Of a DNA stretch of 64,000 nt, positions 23,186 through 37,805 are shown piece by piece. The first letter of the stretch is position 1. Every line of letters starts with the position of its first letter. Source of the stretch: the human T2T-CHM13v2.0 reference genome, Homo sapiens. Below the pieces are notes generated by a model. It was not told the DNA's origin and did no database searches. It saw only the letters and a list, made by a program, of their open reading frames with translations. A program made the translations under genes and the position numbers. The DNA lies in assembly GCF_009914755.1 (NCBI RefSeq), contig NC_060936.1. One strand, written 5' to 3'.

Positions 23186-24291
23186 TGCTCCCGCCTGTGT
23201 CCAGCACCTCATACACAGGTACCTGCAGCAGCTGCTGTAGCCCCTCCAGCTCCTTCCTGCCCTGCTGCTCCCGCCTGTGCCCAGCGCCTCAGATACAGGT
23301 ACCTGCAGCAGCTGCTGTAGCCCCTCCAGCTCCTTCCTGCCCTGCTGCTCCCGCCTGTGCCCAGCGCCTCAGATACAGGTACCTGCAGCAGCTGCTGTAG
23401 CCCCTCCAGCTCCTTCCTCCCTGCTGCTCCCGCCTGTACCCAGAGCCTCACACAGGTACCCGCAGCAGCTGCTGTAGCCCCTCCAGCTCCTTCCTCCCTG
23501 CTGCTCCCGCCTGTACCCAGAGCCTCACACAGGTACCCGCAGCAGCTGCTGTAGCCCCTCCAGTTCCTTCCTCCCTGCTGCTCCCGCCTGTGCCCAGCGC
23601 CTCACACACAGGTACCCACAGCAGCTGCTGTAGCCCCTCCAGCTCCTTCCTCCCTGCTGCTCCCGCCTGTACCCAGAGCCTCACACAGGTACCCGCAGCA
23701 GCTGCTGTAGCCCCTCCAGCTCCTTCCTCCCTGCTGCTCCCGCCTGTACCCAGCGCCTCACACACAGGTACCCGCAGCAGCTGCTGTAGCCCCTCCAGCT
23801 CCTTCCTCCCTGCTGCTCCCGCCTGTACCCAGCGCCTCACACACAGGTACCCGCAGCAGCTGCTGTAGCCCCTCCAGTTCCTTCCTCCCTGCTGCTCCCG
23901 CCTGTGCCCAGCGCCTCACACACAGGTACCTGCAGCAGCTGCTGTAGCCCCTCCAGCTCCTTCCTCCCTGCTGCTCCCGCCTGTACCCAGAGCCTCACAC
24001 AGGTACCCGCAGCAGCTGCTGTAGCCCCTCCAGTTCCTTCCTCCCTGCTGCTCCCGCCTGTGCCCAGCGCCTCACACACAGGTACCCGCAGCAGCTGCTG
24101 TAGCCCCTCCAGCTCCTTCCTCCCTGCTGCTCCCGCCTGTACCCAGCGCCTCACACACAGGTACCCACAGCAGCTGCTGTAGCCCCTCCAGTTCCTTCCT
24201 CCCTGCTGCTCCCGCCTGTGCCCAGCGCCTCACACACAGGTACCTGCAGCAGCTGCTGTAGCCCTTCCAGTTCCTTCCTGCCCTGCTGCTC
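23186..24291. repeat. VNTR 77-80 bp x 14 derived from the exon 21/intron 21 junction
   Basis: Each unit = last ~48 nt of exon 21 + first ~30 nt of intron 21. Confidence 0.97.
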
Positions 24292-24366
24292 CGTCAAGTC
24301 CAGCTGCTGCTTCAAGGACTGGATTTCTCTTTCTTTCTGATCCACCTCCCATTTGAGATTTTCCAT
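24244..24366 (-). CDS. GOLGA3: GOLGA3 exon 21 (MENLKWEVDQKE...LEGLQQLLQ)
   Basis: ctctttag|ATG...CAG|gtacct; 123 nt. Confidence 0.93.
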
Positions 24367-24567
24367 CTAAAGAGGGGAAAGTCACATGGCCAAAAGAATA
24401 TTAAAGTGGCTTTACTGCCCTGGAAAATGGCTCTAGCTGTGTTTTGGTTTATCTTTTAATACCATATTCAGAAAACCATCACTGTTGCTCCCCAAGCAGG
24501 ATGGAGTGAAGTCACCCAGGGCACCCGTGAGTCCAGCCCTGCAAGTCCAGCCCCCGTGAACCGTCAC

Positions 24568-24700
24568 CTCTTGGTTTCCCACGGGCTGTTTGCTGAGCTG
24601 CTCGTCCAGCTGCTTCTGCAGGAGCTGGAGCTGTGCCCGGGCCTCGGCCAGCTCTGCTTGGAACTGTGCTATCTCCTGGGAATGTTTCCCCTCCCGAATC
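24568..24700 (-). CDS. GOLGA3: GOLGA3 exon 20 (IREGKHSQEIAQF...PVGNQE)
   Basis: acgctag|GATT...GAG|gtgacg; 133 nt. Confidence 0.94.
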
Positions 24701-25274
24701 CTAGCGTAAAAAAACAAGAAAGAAGGGAATCGCCACGCTCCTCCAGTGTGCTGTGCCCTCCCGCTGGGAAATGCTGCCTGTGGAAGGCGTTCGTCCTGGC
24801 AGGCCCTCTGCTGTGCACTGCGTGCTGCAGCCATGCTTGGTGCCCACAGTGTGCACTCGGGCAGTCCTCACGAAGCACCTGAGACTCACACTTCACTGGC
24901 ACCCCTCACAGATCCCAGAGACTCACTTTGCCGGCACCCCTCACAGATCCCAGAGAGTGCCGGCCCCGAGACCACAGTGCATGGGACCCACAGAGCCAAG
25001 CATCAGCCCCGCGCCGGGCCGCCCCTTCCCGCCTCTGACCTGAAGCTAAGTACTCCTGCTGGGGCGCTTTCTCTCTTGGGGGGAGGACACGGGGCAGTGA
25101 GTGAGGCTCAGGATTCTGGAGACGGAGGCTGGGTGCCTTCTACTCCTATGATTCACTCAAGTACTCGGCAATTTGCAAAATATAGATGACCCTCGCTGTG
25201 CTGAAGGTGTGAATTAGACCCCGCCCATTGCCAGGACAGCCATGTTTGAGGGCTGGCGGGGCCCAGGCACTCAC

Positions 25275-25414
25275 TGAAGGTCGTCGGCCTCGGCCTGCAG
25301 CTTCTGCACCAGGTGTTCCTTGGCCTGCAGCTCCTTCTTCACCTCACTCAGCTCCAAGGAGGCCGCCTTGAAGTGGCGGCGGTTATGCCCGGCTTCCACC
25401 TTGGCAGCAGCCAC
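25275..25414 (-). CDS. GOLGA3: GOLGA3 exon 19 (VAAAKVEAGHNRRHFK...ADDL)
   Basis: ctcctag|GTG...CTTCA|gtgagt; 140 nt. Confidence 0.94.
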
Positions 25415-26017
25415 CTAGGAGGAAGGAAGCCACGTTGTCCATGCCCTGCGTGACACCCACAGCTTTATGACGTGCCGGGCGCAGGGGGTGAACGCACTCC
25501 CGGCCCCGTGCATGTCCTGGCTGCCGGCGTGTGCTTCTCCACAGGCCTGTCAAGTTCCTTGTAAAGATGAAACCACCTGACCCGGAGCTCGGCACGCAGC
25601 AAGTGCACACTTATGTGGCTGCTGCTATCTGTTGAATGAACACATTTATTCGAGATTTCTCGGTCTAAATAGTTTTTATAGTCTTCTTCCAGTGTATTCA
25701 CAGCCTGGACAACATAGCAAGACCCTGTCTCCACAAAAAATAAAAAAATTAGCAGGGCATGGTGGTCCCAGGTACTCAGGAGGCTGAGGTGGAAGGATCA
25801 CTTGAGCTCAGGAGTTCCAGGCTGCAGGGGAGCTGTGATCGCGCCACTGCACTCCAGCTGGGGTGACAGAGTGAGACCCGGTCCCAAAAATGAAATAAAT
25901 AGGCCAGGCGTGGCGGCTCACGCCTGTAATCCCAGCACTGTGGGAGGCCGAGGCGGGTGGATCACGAGGTCAGATCGAGACTATCCTGGCTAACACGGGG
26001 AAACCCCGTCTCTACTA

Positions 26018-26238
<221 letters not shown>

Positions 26239-26289
26239 TTAAAAAATAAAAATAAAATTAATTGGAAGGCCAAGGCGGGCAGGTCATCA

Positions 26290-26526
<237 letters not shown>

Positions 26527-26928
26527 TCAGTGAACCCTAAGCACGGAGCGAAAGCTGGAGAGCTGGGGCACCGTGTGAGCCAGCCTGAACCACGGCCCAG
26601 CAGCAGGCCCCAGGCCAGGGTTAAACGGCCGGGCGGATGAGGCCTGTGGGGCCAAGAGAAAGCTGTTAACTGCTCCTGTTAAAATATTCCAGCCACATTT
26701 TTTTTTTGAGACGGAGTTTCCCACTTGTTGCCCAGGCTGGAGTGCAATGGTGTGATCTTGGCTCACCACAACCTCCGCCTCCTGGTTCAAGCGATTCTCC
26801 TGCCTCAGCCTCCCGAGTAGCTGGGACTACAGGCATGTGCCACCATGCCAGGCTAATTTTGTATTCATAGTAGAGACAGGGTTTCTCCATGTTGGTCAGC
26901 CTGGTCTTGAACTCCCGACCTCAGGTGA

Positions 26929-27045
<117 letters not shown>

Positions 27046-27315
27046 TAAAAAAAATCAAGAACCTTTTTCTTTTCATCTCAATTACATTATCATAGAAAAG
27101 TTCTTAAAGGTTGTGGCAAAGCCAGGTCATAGGAACGAAAGCAGCTTCACTGTTAGGCCGAAAAGTTTGAATTGTGAAGCAATTACTTTTTTACAAGTTC
27201 AATTCAAACGGGATTTAAAGGAAAAGTGATGTGTTCTTTCCTGCCTTTCTCTAGAGACAACCAGTTATTTCTTGTGTTCCTCCTAGAAATTTTCTACATA
27301 TACATCAGCATCAAA

Positions 27316-27852
27316 TGCATGCACACACACCACAGCCCAGGCACACACGTGCGCACACACACCACAGCCCTTGCATGGACACCCCCCCCGTGCACATACA
27401 CACACCCCAGGCACACACGTGTGTGCACACACACCACAGCCCTTGCACGGACACCCCCCCCCGCGCACATACACCTCAGGCACACACGTGTGTACAGACA
27501 TCACAACTCTTGCACGCACAGCCCCCCGCATGCACACAACCCAGGCACACACGCGTATACAGACATCACAACCCTTCCACGCACAGCCCGCGTGCACACA
27601 CACCCCAGGCACACACGTGCGCACACACACCACAGCCCTTGCACGGACACCCCCCCGCGCACATACACACACACACCCCAGGCACACGTGTGTGCAGACA
27701 TCACACTTGCACGCACAGCCCCCCGCGTGCACACCACACCCCAGGCACACGTGTGTACAGACATCACAACACTTGCATGCACAGCCCCCCGCGTGCACAC
27801 ACACCACACCCCAGGCACACGTGCACGCACACCCCCCATGTGCACACACACG
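27316..27852. repeat. Compound CA-rich minisatellite (intron 18)
   Basis: Recurrent CCCCAGGCACACACGTG / CAGACATCACA motifs. Confidence 0.9.
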
Positions 27853-28408
27853 GCAAGCGTACTAGGAGTAGCTGCTCTGTGCCAGGTATGGCGGAGGTAG
27901 CCAGCAAGCAGCAGCGTTCTAACAGAGGAGCAGGGCCCAGACAGGGCACCTGGGGGTCAGGATGGGCCTCTGCTGGCGACGTGACCAACGTGTCAGTGAA
28001 CACCTGAAGCAGGGCAGGGGCCAGCCACGAAAAGACAGCTCTCTACACAGAGAAGGGTCCACAGAACCACCCCTCTTATCTGCCGAACACAAATGGGATC
28101 ATATGCTATTCTCAAGTTTGCTTTTGCAATGCAACACGACATACAGGACACCACTCCCAGCACAATATAAATACACATGCACGCGGAGCTCATTGGCCCC
28201 AGGCCCTCACAGCTGCACTGCCATTTAATCTAACGCCACCTTCTACGGACCAGAGCAGGTGCTCTGCGGCCTCCGTCACCAACAACTGCAACACACCTTT
28301 GCTCTGTGTAACTGCTGGAAGGAGGCTGGTGTGTGAAGGACCCTGCATAGATTTCTAGGCACTGGAGCGTCCTCTGGAACGCCCTGTGAGACGGAAGGTG
28401 GCACGCAC

Positions 28409-28525
28409 CTGCTCCTTGAGGCTGTTCACCTTCTCCTTCTCCTTCTCTAGTGAGGCCTGCAGGGCCTGGACAAGATGCTTCATCTGGCGATCCTCCTCTT
28501 CTTTGCGCTGCAAAACTGCCTGCAC
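28409..28525 (-). CDS. GOLGA3: GOLGA3 exon 18 (VQAVLQRKEEEDRQMK...SLKEQ)
   Basis: tctag|GTG...CAG|gtgcgt; 117 nt. Confidence 0.93.
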
Positions 28526-29007
28526 CTAGATCAGATTGCAGGAGGACAGATAAGGAAGGACGTCGAATTACAAACACACAAGGCTGCTACAGCAGGCAAC
28601 GTGACACACGCCACATCACAGGCACACGCCAGGGAGGTAGAGGGAACTTCACTGCTGAAGAATCTGTGACAAAAACAGAATCCTAGGTTGCGGGAGCATG
28701 ATCACAGGGCCGCACTCAAGAACGTGGCACGCCTGTGGGCCCCACGGCTCCAGAGGCCAGGGCAGGAGGATCGCTGGAGCCCAGGAGGTTGAGGATGCAG
28801 TGAGCTATGATGGTACCACCGCAGTGCCCTCCACCGCACTGCCCTCCACTCCGGGCAAGAGCCAGACCCTGTCTCAAAAAAAAAAGAATGGGCCGGGCGC
28901 GGTGGCTCACACCTGTAATCCCAGCACTTTGGGAGGCCGAGGCAGGCGGATGACAGTCAGAAAATCGAGACCATCCTGGCTAACACAGTGAAACCTTGTC
29001 TCTACTA

Positions 29008-29268
<261 letters not shown>

Positions 29269-29509
29269 CTAGGGCAAAATATGGAACTAAGATGGGATAG
29301 TCAACACCAGCAGCTCGATTTGGCCCCCAGGATTTCCCTGAAATGCCCAGCCTAGTCCTCAATTCAGAGAGGCTGTGGAGACTAAGTAGCTGAGTGAGAA
29401 CCAGGTCAGGGTTCAAGTCCCAGTTCTGAATTGTGTGAACCTCTTGTTAAGTGCCCCCTACAAACAATGTCACCGTCTGGGACTGGAACTCAGCCACACC
29501 CACATGGAA

Positions 29510-29780
29510 GGTCTACCCCTCAACTAAGCAGGTCTGCCCCCCAACTAAGCAGGTCTGCCCCCCGACTAAGCAGGTCTGCCCCTCAACTAAACAGGTGAAC
29601 TGAGCACACGCAGGGGCTCCAGCCTCACCTCAGAGAGCCCAGCCCTGCACCAACAGCTGGGGACTCAGGGCTGTGGGTCACCCAGACCCCTGAGCCTGTT
29701 CCTCCCCTCGGAGAGCCCAGCCCTGCACCAACAGCTGGGGACCCAGGGCCGTGGGTCACCCGGACTCCTGAGCCTGTTCT
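29510..29780. repeat. 21-bp x4 repeat (CAACTAAGCAGGTCTGCCCCC) followed by a 78-bp x2 duplication
   Basis: Direct repeats visible. Confidence 0.85.
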
Positions 29781-29906
29781 CTCGGCTGCAGGCCGGGTGG
29801 GCTAGGAGTCAGCACAGGTGACTGAATCTGGATGAGATTCTCGGAGTGCGCACAGCCCCACCAACTCTCACACCGTTGCTGGCGTGAGTTTGACGAGTTT
29901 GAATAC

Positions 29907-30104
29907 CTGAAGGTTCAACTGGACTAGGTCTGCCTCCCTCTTGGCCAAAGCTGTTTCTAGGATGCTGTTGTGTTCCCGCAGAGCTGCGTTGGACTGACCG
30001 AGGCCCGTAAGCTTCCCTTTCTCGTGCTCTAATTCAAGAGCCAACTTCTTGTTTGACTCCTCAAGGCGTTTTATCTTCTTCCTAAAGCCTCTGGATTCTT
30101 GAAG
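29907..30104 (-). CDS. GOLGA3: GOLGA3 exon 17 ([17 protein letters not shown]...VQLNLQ)
   Basis: tgtttcag|CTT...CAG|gtattc; 198 nt. Confidence 0.94.
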
Positions 30105-30123
30105 CTGAAACATACCAATGTCA

Positions 30124-30345
<222 letters not shown>

Positions 30346-30366
30346 CTATCGTGGCACATGCCTTTA

Positions 30367-30531
<165 letters not shown>

Positions 30532-31805
30532 CTAAAACACAGCAATGGGCTGGACGCAGTGACTCACACCTGTAATCCCAGCACTTTGGGAGGTCAGGGG
30601 TTTGAGACCAGCCTAGCCAACATGATGAAACCCTGTCTCTACCAAAACTACAGAAATTATCCAGGTGTGGTGGCGATCACCTGTAGTTCCAGCTACTCAG
30701 GAGAATGAGGCGGGAGAATCACTTGAACCTGGGAAGTGGAGGCTGTGGTGAGCCAAGATTGTGCACTCCAGCCTGAATGACAGAGTGAGACTCTGTCTCA
30801 AGACAACAAAAACAAAGAACAATGGACACCACACAACCCTGCGATGGACACCACAGGACCGTGCTTGCTTCATGATCTGAAGGCTGTCGTGGTCATGGTC
30901 AGTTGCTTCCCCAGGCCCCTCTCATTCCTCCCCATGGCCAAGAGCCCAGCCTTCTCCTGGGGCCATGGGCTTCTGGAGAAGTCTGTCCAGGCACTGAGCC
31001 CTGGCTAGGCCACTCAGCAGGGTGGGCATGAGCAAAACCACTTCAGGGCAGGACACAGCCAGAGAGTGGAACAGGCGGCCCTACTGCGACGGAGCTCCAC
31101 AGGGAGGGGCTGGGGAGTGGGGGCGCCGGGAAGCAGGAGGGCTGGGGAGGCGGGGGGGCCGGGACACTGAGCTGCCACCAGCACCGCTGAAGCGAGAACT
31201 GTCTCTGAACCTGAGATATCTGACGTTTTTCTTTTTTTGAGACGGAGTCTCACTCTGTCGCCCAGCCTGGAGTGCAGTGGCGCGATCTTGGCTCACTGCA
31301 ACCTCCGCTCCTGGGTTCAAGCGGTTTACCTGCCTCAGCCACCCAAGTAACTGGGACTACAGGCACCCGCCACCACACCCGGCTAATTTTTGTATTTTTA
31401 GTAGAGATGGGGTTTCACCATGTCGGCCAGGCTGGTCTCGAGCTCCTAACCTCATGATCCGCCCACCTCAGCCTCCCAAAGTGCTGGGATTACAGGCATG
31501 AGCCACTCGCCTGGCGAAGTTGGGTTTCTTATTTGCAACCAAAGCATTTGAACTGAGAAGGGTTCCACTATGAATTCTGTAACCACTCCACCAAAGAGGC
31601 TGTACAGTGATCCTCCCCAGAGGGCTGGAATCAGGGCCTGCCCCACCACAGAGCCAGAGGCCGACGGTCAGAAGGTGGCAACACCAAAAGTAGCAACGCT
31701 GGGCACACGGTGAAGTTTTGTTCTTCGGGTCTCACGCGTGGCGGCATGTCCAGGGCTCACGTGACCTGCCCCACGCTGCCGCCACAGCAGATGGCCAGGC
31801 CTCAC

Positions 31806-31949
31806 CTCGTCCTCCAGCTCCAGCACCTTCTCCCGGGACTCCTCCAGCTCCTGGCTGGTCAGCGCTATGACCTCCTGCAGTTCCTTTTCCAGCAGCGTCT
31901 TGCTATGACTGACAGCCTGCAGCTCCGCCTCCAGGGCCTGGATCCTTTC
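31806..31949 (-). CDS. GOLGA3: GOLGA3 exon 16 (ERIQALEAELQ...LELEDE)
   Basis: cccttag|GAA...GAG|gtgagg; 144 nt. Confidence 0.94.
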
Positions 31950-32269
31950 CTAAGGGCCAAGATGGAACGGGCGCTTGGTCATGGGACAGGCCCTGACCCC
32001 CCTCACTTCCTGTGGTGCCAGCAGGCATGAGGCTGTGTGGCTGCACACACCAGACACCAGCTGTCTGACACAGTCTCACAACCTTCCTTTTTGTTAAAGA
32101 AGTTGAATTAACCGACCACAGCATGCACACGATGACACACGGGGATAGTTGGGACAAACAAAATCATCTCTTCAGTTCAATGCTTCAAAAATACAGAAGA
32201 AAATCTGACCTGCAGATAATGGCTATAAATCACCATCTGTGGCAAGCAAGCAGCACCAGTTGTAATAAA

Positions 32270-32600
32270 TACCACACACGTGCTCACGCACCACACATCA
32301 CATACACACACTCATGTAACACACACCACGTGCACATGTTCACATCCCACACACCACACACACACGTGCTCACACCCCACACGCACATGCTCACACCCCA
32401 CATGTGTTCACACCCCACACCACACATGCACGTGCTCACACCTCACACTGCATGCACACATACACCCCACACTGCATGCACACATATGCTCACATCCCAC
32501 ACACCATGCACACACACACTCCACACGCTGCACACACACATGCTCACACCTCACACATGCACGGATACATGCAGGCACAGGTGTGCTCTCACACCCCGCC
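32270..32600. repeat. CA-rich low-complexity repeat
   Basis: CACAC/CATGC motifs. Confidence 0.85.
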
Positions 32601-33018
32601 CACTTGCTGCCTCGATGGTACCAGGCCCTTGCCAAGCATGTTCCAGTACCACCTAACTTAACCCTTACATGAGAAGGTTCTCATTCACCTCAATTTGGCC
32701 TCATTTTGCTGAGGATCAAAAAGGTGAGAAATTTGCCAAAAGTCACCACTTGCGAGGGGTGAAGCCCGGACGGACACAAGACATCGGCTCGCAGCTGTGC
32801 TATTCCTCAGCTGCAACAGCGCGGCGAGGGGCCAGCTCTGCCCGGCCTTTGCGACCTCCCCACCCCAGCCCTTAGTGAGCCCAAAGAAAATGGCAACTAA
32901 ATCAATCTCCCCAACATTTTACAAAGCAACCAGGTGAGAGGAAGCACTTGATTTATTTATTGAATTTCAGACACAGAGTCTCTATCGCCCGGGCTGGAGT
33001 GCAGCAGCAAAATCATGA

Positions 33019-33306
<288 letters not shown>

Positions 33307-33980
33307 TAAATTCTTAAGTGGACAGGAGATAGAAACAAACCACATATAAGAAGAAATACTAAGTTGTCAGTGCAAGGACGTGAATTGGAGAATAATAAAT
33401 AAAATGCGGATGAACTCACTCAGGTAGAATGTTATGCCTACCACGAAAGGTGACAGAGCACGGAGGGCCACGGCCTCCACGGAAGGCTCTGCTCAGAGCC
33501 CTCCAGAAAGGGCACCCGCTTGTTCTGGGCCACCGCAGCATGGCTACCTCTAAACGCTCCCTGAACCCTGTCAATCGCTGACCCCATGCCCTCACTCCTG
33601 CTTCTCAGTGAGTGCGGAGGCTGCTTTTCCTCCTGAGATGCGAGGAGGCGCAGAGGCAGCTGGAACGCGAGCGGACCAGGGCAGGCCCTCCCTCTGCCCC
33701 AAGGGAGCAGCTGAACTTCTCTGAGCCAAGGAGATTTCTTGAGGAAAATCAGGTGAACGCCACAGGCCACAGGCCATGTGGGGTTCATGAGGGAGACGCG
33801 AGGCAATGCTCAGTCACTGTGGGTTCCTGGTAACCTCGAAGATGAGCGGGAGTTTAGAGAGTTGCCACCTCCCACGCGAGCTCGGCCCCGCTAGGCTTTA
33901 GGGGACAACTGCTGATGGAGAGCCCTTCCCTGCACTGAGGGGCTGGTGACCCTGGCCGGGGATGGCACGGTGTTACCTAC

Positions 33981-34197
33981 ATGTAGAGCCAGGCTGCTGT
34001 CACTGCTGCCACCCTGGGCTCGGAGCTGGCCCAGCTCCGCGTCCGCAGCCTCCTTGGCCGCGAGGGCCTCCTGCAGGCGGCGGCTGAGGATGCCCACGGC
34101 GTTCTCGTAGGCCTTATGTTTGGTCTTCATCTCCTTCTGGGCGCTGGTCAAGTCTGAGCCCAGCCGCCTCATCTTCTGCTTCTGTTCCGTGATGGCC
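33981..34197 (-). CDS. GOLGA3: GOLGA3 exon 15 (AITEQKQKMRRLGSD...SSLALH)
   Basis: ccccag|GGCC...CAT|gtaggt; 217 nt. Confidence 0.93.
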
Positions 34198-34334
34198 CTG
34201 GGGTGTCATGAGGGAGACACAGGAGGAAGCTGAATTATCCCGATGTGACCGTCTGGCATTCTGGTTCGCCTCCCCCCCGGCCCCCGCACCTCCCACCTGG
34301 CCCCCGCACCTCCCCCGGGTACATGCAGACTTAC

Positions 34335-34830
<496 letters not shown>

Positions 34831-34989
34831 TGATCCACCTGCCTCGGCCTCCCAAAGTGCTGGGATTACAGGTGTGAGCCACTGCACCCGGCCACAAACC
34901 ACTCATTACTGAGACCAACAAGCATTTCCAAACACTGTCCAGAGCATCAGAGGCACAACAGGACATGACTGGTTCATAGGAAAGCCTGT

Positions 34990-35550
34990 GGACCCAGGAC
35001 CTCTCCTCCAAACCCCCAGGACCCAGGACCCCTCCCCAGGGCCCCAGGAACCCTCCCCAAGGCCTAGGACCCCTCCTCAAGGATCCAGACCCCTCCTAGG
35101 AAACCCCAGGACCCCTCCCCAAGAGCCCCCGGGAACCCTCCCCACAAGCCCCTGGATCCCCTCCCCACAGTCCCCAGACCCCTCCCCCAGAGCCCCCAGG
35201 ACCCTTCCTGAGACCCCGGGACCCCTCCCCGGAGACCCCGGGACCCCTCCCCGGAGACCCCGGGACCCCTCCCCGGAGACCCCGGGACCCCTCCCCGGAG
35301 ACCACGGGACCCCTCCCCGGAGACCCCGGGACCCCTCCCCGGAGACCCCGGGACCCCTCCCCGGAGACCCCGGGACCCCTCCCCGGAGACCCCGGGACCC
35401 CTCCCCGGAGACCCCGGGACCCCTCCCCGGAGACCCCGGGACCCCTCCCCGGAGACCACGGGACCCCTCCCCGGAGACCACGGGACCCCTTCCCAAGACC
35501 CCAGGACCCTTCCTGAGACCCCAGGACCCTTCCCTGGACCCCCCCCTGGA
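34990..35550. repeat. 22-bp GC-rich VNTR (ACCCCTCCCCGGAGACCCCGGG) with degenerate flanks
   Basis: Near-perfect core ~35210-35490. Confidence 0.93.
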
Positions 35551-36647
35551 TGCCCTCCTCAGGATCAATTGTGAACACTGAGGGCCGCGTCCCCGACCTG
35601 CTCCTGCCCTCGCAGCCTTTCCCCAGCTCCTGTGTGCGAGGCGAGTCCCCACAACCAGCCCAGGCCTGCAGCTGTGGGGTCCGAACGTGCTCTGCCCGCA
35701 CTGCTGAGTCCTCCAAGCCTCCTACAGTCCAAAGAGCCGGCCCTCCCCTTGGCCCACCTCCCCACCCCGGCACCAGCGCTAATCCATCAGCCCTCACTTT
35801 CCAACAATGATGGTGCCGGCCACACCGCCTACTCACAGGCCTCAGCCTGGCTCCTAATGAGCCAGACATGCTGACCAATCTGCCTGCTGGGACCTTGGCT
35901 CGGTCCTCTCCGGCAACTTCAGAAACTTCATAAGCAAAACGTAGCACTTGGTCTAACGTGCCATCAGACGACTCTCCCCAAATTTACTGTTGCTCTCCTG
36001 ATTTCTCGTCTCACCTCCCGGTTCCTCAGCCTGGATGTCTGGACAGGATCCTGGACTGCGGCCTCCGTCCCCCGCCTCTACCCCTCACCTGCTCTGCTAC
36101 CTGCAGCCGAGAAACTGTCACCAGCATCTCGGACACCCACTGTGTGCAGAAGCCAGCCCAGGCTCAGCTGCCACAGGAACATGACTAGCTCTGGTCAGTC
36201 CCAGCTCCGCACTCAGCCACGAGGGACTCCCAGGGTCCCCGGGCCCCGACGCCCTGCCCTGACGTGGGGTCTCCACAAAACACTCACCCTTGCTTTCTGC
36301 ATGACAGCCGCTGTCCTCTCACATGCTAGATCCCGGGAGCCCATGGCAATGGGGAGAAGCTGGGTGCCTCACGGGGCCTCCTCACTCCCTCCCTTCATGC
36401 ACCATCACCACCTGGACTTACCAGGCCTCACCGGACTGCCCCTCTGGGACCTATGCTCCAGGTGGGCCTTGTTCCCAGCTGTTCTTCCAAAAGCCTCTCC
36501 CACCTTGGCCCCACCCCAGACACAGGCCCCGCCCCAGACAGACCCCGCCCCAGACACAGGCCCCGCCCCAGACACAGGCCCCACCCTCCCGACAAGCACT
36601 TTGGCCGAATCCTCCCCATCAAATGAGTCAACCCGACACGGACAGAC

Positions 36648-36911
36648 CTGCAAGTGTGTTTCCATCTCGTCTCGCTCCTTCTGCGCCGACTGGAGATGCC
36701 CTTCAAGGTCCGCCATGTGCTGACGGACCTGGGCCACCTCTCTGTGCAGGCGCGAGAGCTCCGCCTCGGCAGTCCGCTTCTCCCCGTGCACTTGCATCAG
36801 CTCCTGCCGCAGCTCCTTCAGCTCCGAGTCCAGCCTCTTCCTGGTGGCTTTCAGCTCACTGATGAGCTGGTCTTTGGAGGTGGCGTCGCGCCGGTAGGCC
36901 TCCACCATCAC
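36648..36911 (-). CDS. GOLGA3: GOLGA3 exon 13 (VMVEAYRRDATSK...METHLQ)
   Basis: tttggcag|GTG...CAG|gtctgt; 264 nt. Confidence 0.94.
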
Positions 36912-37592
36912 CTGCCAAAGACAGAGGCTGTGAGCGGACGCTGGGCGGCGGGGCATGGGGGGCGTACCTGGGGGTCAAGCTGGCTTCAACAAAAATGTTT
37001 ACCACTTATCGGGGGCATAACTTTTTTGAGGTAAAGATACATTTCATCAAATCTAAGACTCCATCGACTGAGACACACCACTGTTTATCCACAGGTGACA
37101 TCACTGCCTGTTGAGAGACTGCGTGGTGCACAAGGCAGTCACACCGGCCTCATAGACGTCTCCTCTATTCCAAGGAGTCTGGCTCTCTCCTGACTTCAGT
37201 TGCACGGCTTTGCTTCCAACAGGTAATCCCCTTGCTTGTGGCTCAGTAATAAAGCAAAGCAGGACTCACGACACCGCTTCAGGGGCCGCCCTTGCTCAGA
37301 AATAAAATACAGCAGGCCGGGCGCGGTGGCTCACACTTGTAATCCCAGCACTCTCAGAAATAAAATACAGCAGGCCGGGCGCGGTGGCTCACACTTGTAA
37401 TCCCAGCACTCTCAGAAATAAAATACAGCAGGCCGGGCGCGGTGGCTCACACTTGTAATCCCAGCACTCTGGGAGCCCGAGCTGGCTGATCACCTGAGGT
37501 CAGGAGTTCAACCAGCCTGGCCAACAAGGTGAAAACCCCATCTCTACTAAAAATACAAAAAACTAGCCAGGCGTGGTGGTGCATGCTTGTAG

Positions 37593-37805
<213 letters not shown>

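Noticed and set aside
23186-24291. CRISPR-like regular repeats
   Set aside because: No unique spacers, no cas genes, eukaryotic intron
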